DNA from: Alphaproteobacteria bacterium
GTDB lineage: Bacteria; Pseudomonadota; Alphaproteobacteria; UBA6615
DNA length: 15,232 bases
Direction: 5' to 3'
NCBI GenBank assembly: GCA_965261975.1
Contig: CBDHEC010000009.1
Span: 1-15,232, forward strand
Below are positions 7,757 through 15,232 of this stretch, piece after piece. A model generated the notes under the pieces. That model searched no databases. It was not told where the DNA came from and was given only the letters and a program-made list of their open reading frames with translations. The translations under genes and the position numbers were made by a program. Every line of letters begins with the position of its first letter. The first letter of the stretch is position 1.

Positions 7757-7955
7757 TGCTTCCGTCGATCAGATTACTGATTACGGTCCAACTCCCATAC
7801 AAAACGGTGCCGTCCAATTGGATCATACGCTTTCTGGAAATGACCGCTCATCGGCGAGAGGTCATTTCGAGTTCGGATCCGGGAGTTCAGATTATTCGCC
7901 AAGGCCTATGGGATTGTGATCGCTACAGGCACCCTACGGCATATCTGACCGGGGC

Positions 7956-7984
7956 ACCCTATGCGGCCCGGTTTTGTTTTCCAA
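7956..7984 (-). promoter_or_regulatory. Putative sigma70 promoter for the DUF4167 gene
   Basis: (C)TTGGAA-N17-TAGGGT just after the prmC stop, implying a 5' UTR of roughly 190 nt. Confidence 0.4.
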
Positions 7985-8001
7985 GAACTTTCTGTACCTC
8001 G

Positions 8002-8874
8002 TTAACCTTCTGATGTCGGCTCCAGCGTGATCACCCGCGCCCGGCGTGCAATATCCTGATCCACATCGGCGATACGCAACCCGGCCACGCGACCGAGTGC
8101 AGCGACACCACGCGCCTGCCCCTGCCCCAGTTCAAAGGCGATGATCGGGCGGTCGGCGGCAAGACGTTTGAGCGACGGGATGATGCGCCGATAGGCGGCC
8201 ATCCCGTCGGCACCCCCGTCCAGCGCCAAATTCGGCTCGAACTCACGCACCTCGGGGTCCAGGTATTTCAACTCATAACGCGCAATATAGGGAGGGTTGG
8301 AAACGATGACATCGAACGGCCCCTCGATCCCCTCACACCAATCGGTCTCGCGCCATTCGATCCGGTCGGACAGGCCCAATGCTTGCGCGTTTGCGGCCGC
8401 CACCTCCAAAGCCGCCGGGGACGCGTCCACCCCCAACGCAGTCGCGTTCGGGCATTCCGCAAGCAACGTCAGGGCGATACAGCCGCTGCCGGTGCCCAGA
8501 TCCAGTATCCGCAACGGCGCGTTACGGTCCTCGATACGTCCCAGAACGGTTTCAATCAGGGTCTCGGTGTCCGGGCGCGGCGTGAGAACGTCACCCGTTA
8601 CACGGAAACTGCGCGACCAGAATTCCCGCTCGCCGACAATCTGCGAGACCGGTTCGCGGCGCTCACGGCGCTCCAGAAGCTCCGCATAACCCTGTAACGC
8701 GGCGCGATCGATCTCCGCTTCGGGGTTGGCAATCAGCCAAGCGTCCTCGTGGCCGGTGACCTGGCGCAGCAGCACGCGCGCGTCGAGATCGGGACTGTCC
8801 GCACCGACGGCGCGCAAACGTCCGCCGGCCTCGGCCAGGGCTGCAGCAACCGTGTTCGAAATCATCTCAGTCAT
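8002..8874 (-). CDS. prmC: Release factor glutamine methyltransferase PrmC/HemK
   Basis: '[13 protein letters not shown]', '[11 protein letters not shown]', SAM motif [14 protein letters not shown], 'EP.LALDGG.DG'. The start is ATG 8874 (overlapping the prfA stop) or 8865. Confidence 0.96.
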   Translation of the reverse strand: MTEMISNTVAAALAEAGGRLRAVGADSPDLDARVLLRQVTGHEDAWLIANPEAEIDRAALQGYAELLERRERREPVSQIVGEREFWSRSFRVTGDVLTPRPDTETLIETVLGRIEDRNAPLRILDLGTGSGCIALTLLAECPNATALGVDASPAALEVAAANAQALGLSDRIEWRETDWCEGIEGPFDVIVSNPPYIARYELKYLDPEVREFEPNLALDGGADGMAAYRRIIPSLKRLAADRPIIAFELGQGQARGVAALGRVAGLRIADVDQDIARRARVITLEPTSEG

Positions 8875-9955
8875 CTGAACTGTCGTCCTCGGCAAGTTGG
8901 GCGGCCTGGTCTTCGGTGGTCAGCGCATCGACCAGTTCGTCCAGCGCCTCCCCGTCGAGGATTCGGTCGAGCTTGTGAAGGGTCAGGTTGATCCGATGAT
9001 CTGTCACTCGGCCCTGGGGGAAGTTATAGGTGCGGATGCGCTCGGACCTGTCGCCCGAACCCACCTGGCTGCGCCGCGACGCGGCACGCTCCGCATCAAT
9101 CAGCTGGCGTTCATGCTCATAGAGACGCGCGCGCAGCACCCGCATCGCCTTGGCCCGGTTCTTATGCTGGGACTTTTCATCCTGCTGGGTGACCACGATC
9201 CCGGTCGGAATATGCGTAATCCGCACCGCGCTGTCGGTCGTATTGACCGACTGTCCGCCCGGTCCCGACGCGCGATAGGTGTCCACCCGCAAATCATTTT
9301 CGGCGATGTCGATATCGACTTCCTCGGCCTCGGGGAGCACGGCGACGGTGGCCGCGGATGTGTGAATACGGCCGCTGCTCTCGGTCTCGGGGACACGTTG
9401 CACCCGGTGCACACCCGATTCATATTTCAGGCGCGAGAATACATCCTGACCGGTGATGCTCGCGACGACTTCCTTGTAGCCGCCAATCCCCGTGCCACTG
9501 GAATCCATCACCTCGACCTTCCATTTCCGGTCCTCGGCATAACGTTGATACATGCGGAAAAGGGTGCCCGCGAACAGGGCAGCCTCGTCGCCGCCGGTGC
9601 CGGCGCGTATCTCCAGGATCGCATTCTTCGCATCCGCCTCATCCTTGGGCAGCAACATGAGCTTGAGCGCTTGCTCCAGCTCGGGCACACGCGCGCGCAA
9701 CTCCTCGATTTCAAGCTCCGCGAGTTCCTTCATCTCCGCATCCGCGTCGCCATCGGCGATGATTTCCTCGAGGCCCACGATCTCGTCATTCGCACCGCGC
9801 AGCGCCAGCACCTTCTCCACGACCTGCCCGAGTTCCGAATACTCCTTCGACAGCCGAACATACTCCTGCGGATCGCTGCCGTCGGTGCTTGCCAGCAAAT
9901 CGGAAAGCTGCGTGTGGCGCTCAACCACCCGATCGAGTTTGTCATCCAGGCTCAT
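8867..9955 (-). CDS. prfA: Peptide chain release factor 1
   Basis: GGQ motif ([16 protein letters not shown]), RF1-specific PxT motif (VQRVPETE), [11 protein letters not shown] and [16 protein letters not shown]. The start overlaps the hemA stop (ATGA). Confidence 0.98.
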   Translation of the reverse strand: MSLDDKLDRVVERHTQLSDLLASTDGSDPQEYVRLSKEYSELGQVVEKVLALRGANDEIVGLEEIIADGDADAEMKELAELEIEELRARVPELEQALKLMLLPKDEADAKNAILEIRAGTGGDEAALFAGTLFRMYQRYAEDRKWKVEVMDSSGTGIGGYKEVVASITGQDVFSRLKYESGVHRVQRVPETESSGRIHTSAATVAVLPEAEEVDIDIAENDLRVDTYRASGPGGQSVNTTDSAVRITHIPTGIVVTQQDEKSQHKNRAKAMRVLRARLYEHERQLIDAERAASRRSQVGSGDRSERIRTYNFPQGRVTDHRINLTLHKLDRILDGEALDELVDALTTEDQAAQLAEDDSSDD

Positions 9956-11280
9956 TCGTCTTCGCTCCCGGACGGGGTCACGCCGTCCGTTTCGGGTTTG
10001 GTTTCTGTCTCTTGGTCGTCCCTCACCAGCCCGAACATGCGTCGGGCCGCCTTGGCGATGGAACTGTCCCCACCTTCGTCCCGCGCCGCCGCGCGCAATG
10101 TCTGGGAGGGCGTGTGTAGCAGCCGGTTGATCAAACGCCGCGTTATTTCGTCCGTGTCGGCACGCGGATTATCCGACAGGAGCTCGTTGCGAACCGCTTC
10201 GAAATGCGCCCGCAAGTCGGCCACGACGGGCACCGCATCCCGCTCGGCACGTGAATCCTGAAACAGCGCAACGTGCCGGTCGATCGTCTGCCATGCCGCG
10301 GCCGCCGCCGCATCGCGTGATTCCCGATTGGAACGCGAAATCGACTCCAGATGATCGAGGTCGTAGAGGAACGCATCCTCGAGGCCGGCGATATCCGGAT
10401 CCGCGTCATTGGGTATCGCCACATCGAGCACGAAGATCGGTTTGCGTCGCCGCGCACGCAGGGCGTCCTGCAACATAGCGGCGGTGATCATCGGGCGCCC
10501 GACCCCCGCCGCGCCGATCACGAGATCGGCGCCGACGAGGGCAGCGGGAATATCGTCATAAGTCACGCTGTGACCCTCGACGATCCGGGCCAATGCCTGG
10601 CCGCGCGTCGCATTACTGGCCGCGACCGTGACCCGTCGCAGGCCGCCGCTGCGAAACTGGTCGAGCATCAACATCCCCATCTCGGCCGGGCCAATCAGCA
10701 GCGCCGACACGTCATCGAGGCTGCCGAACAGGTTGCGCGCCGCCTGCACCGCCGCCGTCGCCAGGGACACCGGGCCCTCGGCAATTGCGGTGTTCGCGCG
10801 GACATCCTTCGCCGCCCCATAGGCATGCTGCATCAGGCTTTCGAGTTCGCGGCCCACCCCGCCGGCGTCGCGCGCCAGCGCATGGGCGGTCTTGATTTGT
10901 CCGAGCACTTCGGTTTCACCCACGATAACGCTCTCCAGGCTCGCTGCGACGGCGAACACATGCCGCGCCGCATTCGCACCCGTCAGGTCGAAGAAGTCGC
11001 TGTCCGCCGCGCCGCCGCCGACACGCCCACCCAGCAATTCTCGCGCGGTGCCCACAGCTCGCTCGGGGTCGACGGCCGCACCATGAAATTCAACCCGGTC
11101 ACAGGTCGAGACCACCAACGCCTGATCGAAACCGCCTTGCCGGAGTGCCGACAGCACGCCGGGCACCTCCGCGTCCTCGATAAACAATCGATCCCGCAAG
11201 GCGGCACTGCTGGTCTTGTGGCTGGCGCCAACGACGACATAGTCGGCCGGCGCCGCCCCCTGTTCAGGACGGTGGCCCAT
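9952..11280 (-). CDS. hemA: Glutamyl-tRNA reductase (C5 tetrapyrrole pathway), divergent
   Basis: G.SHKT...LRDRL, STCDRVE (catalytic Cys60), [41 protein letters not shown] and the dimerisation segment 'LINRLLHTP'. Sits in a hemA-prfA-prmC order. Confidence 0.9.
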   Translation of the reverse strand: MGHRPEQGAAPADYVVVGASHKTSSAALRDRLFIEDAEVPGVLSALRQGGFDQALVVSTCDRVEFHGAAVDPERAVGTARELLGGRVGGGAADSDFFDLTGANAARHVFAVAASLESVIVGETEVLGQIKTAHALARDAGGVGRELESLMQHAYGAAKDVRANTAIAEGPVSLATAAVQAARNLFGSLDDVSALLIGPAEMGMLMLDQFRSGGLRRVTVAASNATRGQALARIVEGHSVTYDDIPAALVGADLVIGAAGVGRPMITAAMLQDALRARRRKPIFVLDVAIPNDADPDIAGLEDAFLYDLDHLESISRSNRESRDAAAAAAWQTIDRHVALFQDSRAERDAVPVVADLRAHFEAVRNELLSDNPRADTDEITRRLINRLLHTPSQTLRAAARDEGGDSSIAKAARRMFGLVRDDQETETKPETDGVTPSGSEDE

Positions 11281-12538
11281 ATCTGTGTGTCGCTAACGGT
11301 AGGCGGCGAGGTGGTCGGATCAAATCGGCGATGGCCACGTCGGTCTGCTCACCGCTGTCGAGGTCGCGCACGGTCACGGCGCCCTTGGCCAGCTCATCGT
11401 CGCCGATCAGCACGGCCGCTGCGGCGTTGATTCGATCGGCGCGTTTCAGGCCGCGCTTCACGCCGCCCTTGTAGAGCAGTTCAATCGTCAACCCGGCACG
11501 GCGCAATTCGCGCGCAAGGCGGACCGTTTCACGCTCACCGTCCTCGCCCATCCCGACAAGCGCTATCGCGCGGGTCGGCTGGACCGGGTCGCCAAGCATC
11601 ATCGCCAACCGCTCAACGCCGGCCGCCCAGCCAACGCCCGGTGTGGCGGGCCCGCCCATGGTCTCGATCAGGCCGTCATAACGCCCGCCGGCCAGCACGG
11701 TACCCTGTGCGCCAAGCGCCCGGGTCGTGAACTCGAAGGCGGTATGGCTGTAGTAATCGAGGCCGCGCACCAGCCGCGGGTTGAGCGTGTAGGCTATCCC
11801 GATCGTGTCGAGGCCGGCGCGCACGGCATCGAAAAACGCGCGCGCATCATCGCTCAGATAATCATCGAACACCGGGGCGTCCACGATCACGGCGCGGTCG
11901 TCTTCATTCTTGGAATCGAGTATCCGGAGCGGGTTGCGCTGCAGGCGTTCGCGGCTGTCGTCTGACAGCTTGTCGGCATGGCCGGTGAAATATTCGACCA
12001 GCGCGTCGCGATAGGCAGCACGGCTCTCTCCGTCACCCAGCGTGTTCAGCTCCAGGGTCGTCTCAGACAGAATGCCGAGCGCGTCGAGAATATCCGCGCC
12101 CAGCGCAATCACCTCGACATCGCCCGTCGGCTCTGCGACCCCGATCAACTCGACCCCGATCTGGTGGAACTGGCGCAAGCGGCCCTTCTGCGGACGCTCA
12201 TGGCGAAACATCGGTCCGTTGTAGAAACATTTGAGCGGCAGCTCGTTGCGCAGGCCGCCCGAAATCACCGCCCGCGCGATGCCCGCGGTGCCTTCGGGGC
12301 GCAGGGTCAGGCTGTCGCCGCCCTTGTCTTCGAAGGTGTACATCTCCTTGGTCACGATGTCGGAGGTGTCACCAAGGGTGCGCTGGAACACGTCGGTGAA
12401 TTCGAAGATCGGCGTGGCCATCGGGCCGTAGCCGTACCTGTCGGCGACCCCGCGCGCGGCCGCGGTTATGGCGAGTTGCGCGCGCGCCTCGTCGCCGATC
12501 AGATCATGTGTGCCACGAACGGGTTGGAGTTTTGCCAC
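11264..12538 (-). CDS. hisS: Histidine--tRNA ligase (3' end probably frameshifted; likely native stop TAG at 11293-11295)
   Basis: LQPVRGTHD, TPIFE, KEMYTF, LRPEGTA, FRHERPQKGRLRQFHQ, RGLDYY and GGRYDGL motifs. GTG start at 12538; the ORF-track extension to 12727 overlaps ispG and is not HisRS-like. Confidence 0.96.
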   Translation of the reverse strand: MAKLQPVRGTHDLIGDEARAQLAITAAARGVADRYGYGPMATPIFEFTDVFQRTLGDTSDIVTKEMYTFEDKGGDSLTLRPEGTAGIARAVISGGLRNELPLKCFYNGPMFRHERPQKGRLRQFHQIGVELIGVAEPTGDVEVIALGADILDALGILSETTLELNTLGDGESRAAYRDALVEYFTGHADKLSDDSRERLQRNPLRILDSKNEDDRAVIVDAPVFDDYLSDDARAFFDAVRAGLDTIGIAYTLNPRLVRGLDYYSHTAFEFTTRALGAQGTVLAGGRYDGLIETMGGPATPGVGWAAGVERLAMMLGDPVQPTRAIALVGMGEDGERETVRLARELRRAGLTIELLYKGGVKRGLKRADRINAAAAVLIGDDELAKGAVTVRDLDSGEQTDVAIADLIRPPRRLPLATHRYGPPS

Positions 12539-12560
12539 GGTCTTCTCGGCGCGTATCTGG

Positions 12561-13706
12561 CTATTCGGCCGCGGAGGACAGGCTGGTTGCGTCCTCGGCT
12601 TCGGCGGCCTCTGCCGCATCGATCTCCGCCGCCTTGGCCTCCACGAGGCCGACCAGATGGTCGACGATATCCTCGTCCTGCAGGCGGTGATGGGGCTGGC
12701 CGCCGATATAGACCTGGTGGGTACCACGACCGCCGCCGGTGAAGCCGATATCCGTCATCGTGGCCTCGCCCGGGCCGTTTACCACGCATCCGATCACCGA
12801 CACCGTCATCGGCGTGGTGATGTGCGACAGGCGTTCTTCCAGGACCTTCACGGTCTCGATCACGTCATATTGCTGGCGCGCGCAGGACGGGCAGGAGATT
12901 ACGTTCACGCCCCGGTGCCGCAGGCCAAGGGACTTGAGCAGGTCGAAGCCGACCTTCACTTCTTCGACCGGATCGGCCGACAGGGACACACGCAGCGTAT
13001 CGCCGATGCCGGACCAGAGAAGCATGCCGAGACCGACCGAGGATTTGACCGTCCCCGAACGCAATCCGCCCGCCTCGGTGATGCCGATATGCAGCGGATA
13101 GTCGCATGCCTCCGCGAGGCCCATATAGGACGCAACGGCGAGGAAGACATCCGATGCCTTCACGGAGATCTTGAACTCGCGAAAATCCTCGTCCTCCAGC
13201 ATGCGCACGGAATTCAGGGCGCTTTCGATCAGCGCCTCGGGGCATGGCTCGCCATACTTGTCGAGCAGCTCCTTCTCGAGGCTGCCGCCGTTGACGCCGA
13301 TGCGCATGGAACAATTGTTGTCGCGCGCCGCATGGACCACTTCGCGCACGCGATCGCGTGAGCCGATGTTGCCCGGGTTCAGCCGCAAACAGGCCGCCCC
13401 CGCCTCGGCCGCCTCGATCGCACGGCGATAGTGGAAATGGATATCCGCAACGATCGGCACCGTGACTTCGGGAATGATCTGGCGCAGCGCCGCCGTGCTT
13501 TCCTCATCGGGACACGACACCCGCACGATATCCGCCCCGGCCACTTCAAGCGCGCGAATCTGATCGATCGTGCCCGACACGTCGGTTGTCCGGGTGTTGG
13601 TCATCGACTGCACCGTGATCGGCGCATCGCCGCCGACGGGGACGTCGCCAACCATGATCTGACGGCTTTTTCGCCGTTCAATGTCGCGATAAAGGCGGAC
13701 GCTCAT
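12561..13706 (-). CDS. ispG: 4-hydroxy-3-methylbut-2-en-1-yl diphosphate synthase (GcpE)
   Basis: [50 protein letters not shown]; [4Fe-4S] ligands in CPSCAR and GCVVNGPGE. Confidence 0.98.
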   Translation of the reverse strand: MSVRLYRDIERRKSRQIMVGDVPVGGDAPITVQSMTNTRTTDVSGTIDQIRALEVAGADIVRVSCPDEESTAALRQIIPEVTVPIVADIHFHYRRAIEAAEAGAACLRLNPGNIGSRDRVREVVHAARDNNCSMRIGVNGGSLEKELLDKYGEPCPEALIESALNSVRMLEDEDFREFKISVKASDVFLAVASYMGLAEACDYPLHIGITEAGGLRSGTVKSSVGLGMLLWSGIGDTLRVSLSADPVEEVKVGFDLLKSLGLRHRGVNVISCPSCARQQYDVIETVKVLEERLSHITTPMTVSVIGCVVNGPGEATMTDIGFTGGGRGTHQVYIGGQPHHRLQDEDIVDHLVGLVEAKAAEIDAAEAAEAEDATSLSSAAE

Positions 13707-13760
13707 TCTTGTATCAACCTTCGGATTCGACGCTGGAAATTGACCTTGAAAATCTGCCGT

Positions 13761-13789
13761 AACATGCGCGCGGTCGGGTCAAATATCAA
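13761..13789 (-). promoter_or_regulatory. Putative sigma70 promoter for ispG-hisS-hemA-prfA-prmC
   Basis: TTGATA-N17-CATGTT on the minus strand in the rodZ-ispG gap. Confidence 0.45.
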
Positions 13790-13811
13790 CCGGGCGCGGG
13801 TGCTACAGACC

Positions 13812-14903
13812 CTACCGAACGACCGCGCTTCCCGTCTTGAGGAGATCGGGGTCCAGGCGCACATCACGCCGGCTTTCACCGCGCGCCCCGATCGCGGGAA
13901 CCGAGTCCCCGTCGACGGAAATATCGAGACCGCCGGCATTGCCCGTCATGAGCCGCATCCCGTTGCGGTTCGGCACGAGATACCTGTCTCCCGCCTGGAG
14001 CATCTGGGTCAGGATGACATTCTCATCGGCGTCGCGAATCTGAACCCAGGTATTTTCCTCGGCGCGCAGGATGATTCGTGCCGCGGCATTTCTCGCGCCA
14101 TAGGTGCGGCCCTCGCGGTCCGCCGTGTTATCGCTCACCGACGCCTGGGTTTCCTCGATCTCGGGGATCGCAATAATGGCCGGCTCGGATGAGAATTCAG
14201 CAGGCGCGGGTGTAACCACGGCAACTTCAGCATCCGCCGCCGGCGCTTCGACCGATGTGTCCGTCACAGGCGGGGGGGCCGCGGCAACGGACTCCGGCGC
14301 AGACATCGGTCCCTCGAACGGGATTGATTCCGGCTCGGCCGCTGCGCTCACGCGCGATGGCGCAGATGAGGCCGGGCTGTCTGGCGTCGATGGGGTCGCC
14401 TCGGGGCTTTCCTGCACATCACCGGGTGGGGCGGGAACCCGCGCAACCTCGATACCGCTCTGGCTTTGAAGCCAGTACCACCCCCCGAAGGCGGCCGCGC
14501 CAACGAGCAAGCAAATGGTGACCAGCAACCCGCCGGGGAAACGTCCCTCCGGGACCGGTGTCGGGAATTCAAGCTCCTGAGGTGCCTGAATACCGCTGGC
14601 TTCTTCCTTGAAACGCGCGACCAATGTGGGTGCATCCAGACGCAGATAGGCCGCGTATGAACGCACGAAACCGACGGCATATGTCGCGCCCGGCAACTCG
14701 TCGAAACGGCCGTCTTCGATGGCTTCGAGATACACACGGCGGATACGCAAATTCTGCGCGACATCGGCCACGGTCCGGCCGGTCGTCTCACGCGCCTCAC
14801 GTAGAAACGCACCGACATGATCCGCGCCCTCGACCGAGTGCATGATGTCCGCGCCGCTATCCTGGTTCAGGACGCGAAAGGATCGTGGGTTCAGACGTAC
14901 CAT
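13812..14903 (-). CDS. rodZ: Cytoskeleton protein RodZ (HTH + TM + Pro/Ala linker + DUF4115)
   Basis: N-terminal HTH 'VGAFLREARE..G.TVADVA..LRIR..YLEAIEDG..D.LPG..YAVGFVRSYA', a single TM helix and a C-terminal 'WVQIRD...TGNAGGL' domain, located upstream of ispG. The start is uncertain (14918, 14903 or a downstream ATG). Confidence 0.9.
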   Translation of the reverse strand: MVRLNPRSFRVLNQDSGADIMHSVEGADHVGAFLREARETTGRTVADVAQNLRIRRVYLEAIEDGRFDELPGATYAVGFVRSYAAYLRLDAPTLVARFKEEASGIQAPQELEFPTPVPEGRFPGGLLVTICLLVGAAAFGGWYWLQSQSGIEVARVPAPPGDVQESPEATPSTPDSPASSAPSRVSAAAEPESIPFEGPMSAPESVAAAPPPVTDTSVEAPAADAEVAVVTPAPAEFSSEPAIIAIPEIEETQASVSDNTADREGRTYGARNAAARIILRAEENTWVQIRDADENVILTQMLQAGDRYLVPNRNGMRLMTGNAGGLDISVDGDSVPAIGARGESRRDVRLDPDLLKTGSAVVR

Positions 14904-15076
14904 CGGGTCCCCGGCCAACGACGTTCAGTGAATTTCGCCTGTCGCAAAAACCAGTTCCTGTCAGATGCCAGGTTCAAGTCTGAAAAATGCGATCTGCGGC
15001 CTAAGTTACCATAATCAAACGAAATTCACGTTCGTGTATCGACTTAGTATCAAATGCGAGCCCCAGCCGCAATGAT

Positions 15077-15232
15077 TTAGACTTCAACCCCATGATCGCG
15101 CGCGAAACCGCGCAGATGCGATCGAATACTTGGGTAGGGTGCATGCAGCAGAGCTTCGAGATAGCCCACCATGCCCTCGACCGACATCGATCTGACCATC
15201 GCCTTTACGGGCCCGACATTCGCCGGCGACAT
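15077..15232 (-). CDS. ptsP: C-terminal end of phosphoenolpyruvate-protein phosphotransferase (EI-Ntr), truncated by window edge
   Basis: Hand translation gives MSPANVGPVKAMVRSMSVEGMVGYLEALLHAPYPSIRSHLRGFARDHGVEV*, resembling alphaproteobacterial PtsP C-termini. ptsP commonly precedes rodZ-ispG. Not in the ORF track. Confidence 0.8.
   Translation of the reverse strand: MSPANVGPVKAMVRSMSVEGMVGYLEALLHAPYPSIRSHLRGFARDHGVEV

Noticed and set aside
8867-9955. RF2-type programmed frameshift in the release factor
   Set aside because: The gene is RF1 (PxT motif), continuous in one frame, with no CTTTGA shift site.
8897-10261. 454-aa + strand ORF antisense to prfA/hemA, and similar long ORFs at 5277-6356, 10351-11430, 12468-13361 and 13431-14192
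   Set aside because: Shadow ORFs expected opposite GC3-rich genes; no recognisable domains, and they largely overlap well-supported genes.
12539-12727. N-terminal extension of HisS in the ORF track
   Set aside because: It overlaps the ispG 3' end out of frame; HisRS homology begins at GTG 12538.

Overview
GC-rich alphaproteobacterial chromosomal window, probably Rhodospirillales-like (inferred from gene order). Most of it is the conserved minus-strand housekeeping run ptsP(3' end)-rodZ-ispG-hisS-hemA-prfA-prmC-DUF4167, followed by a plus-strand MOSC/mARC-type gene, then clpB, and a convergent M23 peptidoglycan endopeptidase at the left edge. Between clpB and the M23 gene is an accessory-looking block: a membrane-anchored alpha/beta-hydrolase (lipase-like), a ~340-nt non-coding gap, and an ECF26/PrtI-like sigma factor with its PrtR-like anti-sigma. 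The main observations are: (i) an ECF-type promoter about 280 nt upstream of the sigma gene, followed by a multi-stem RNA with a duplicated AAGUCCC...UCACCGUCC module and a possible RBS-occluding switch (candidate sRNA or regulatory leader); (ii) a C5-pathway glutamyl-tRNA reductase in an alphaproteobacterium, with altered NADPH- and substrate-binding motifs; (iii) an apparent single-base insertion at the 3' end of hisS. No mobile element, CRISPR array, rRNA or tRNA was recognised. All calls are by-eye motif recognition; no searches or folding were run.
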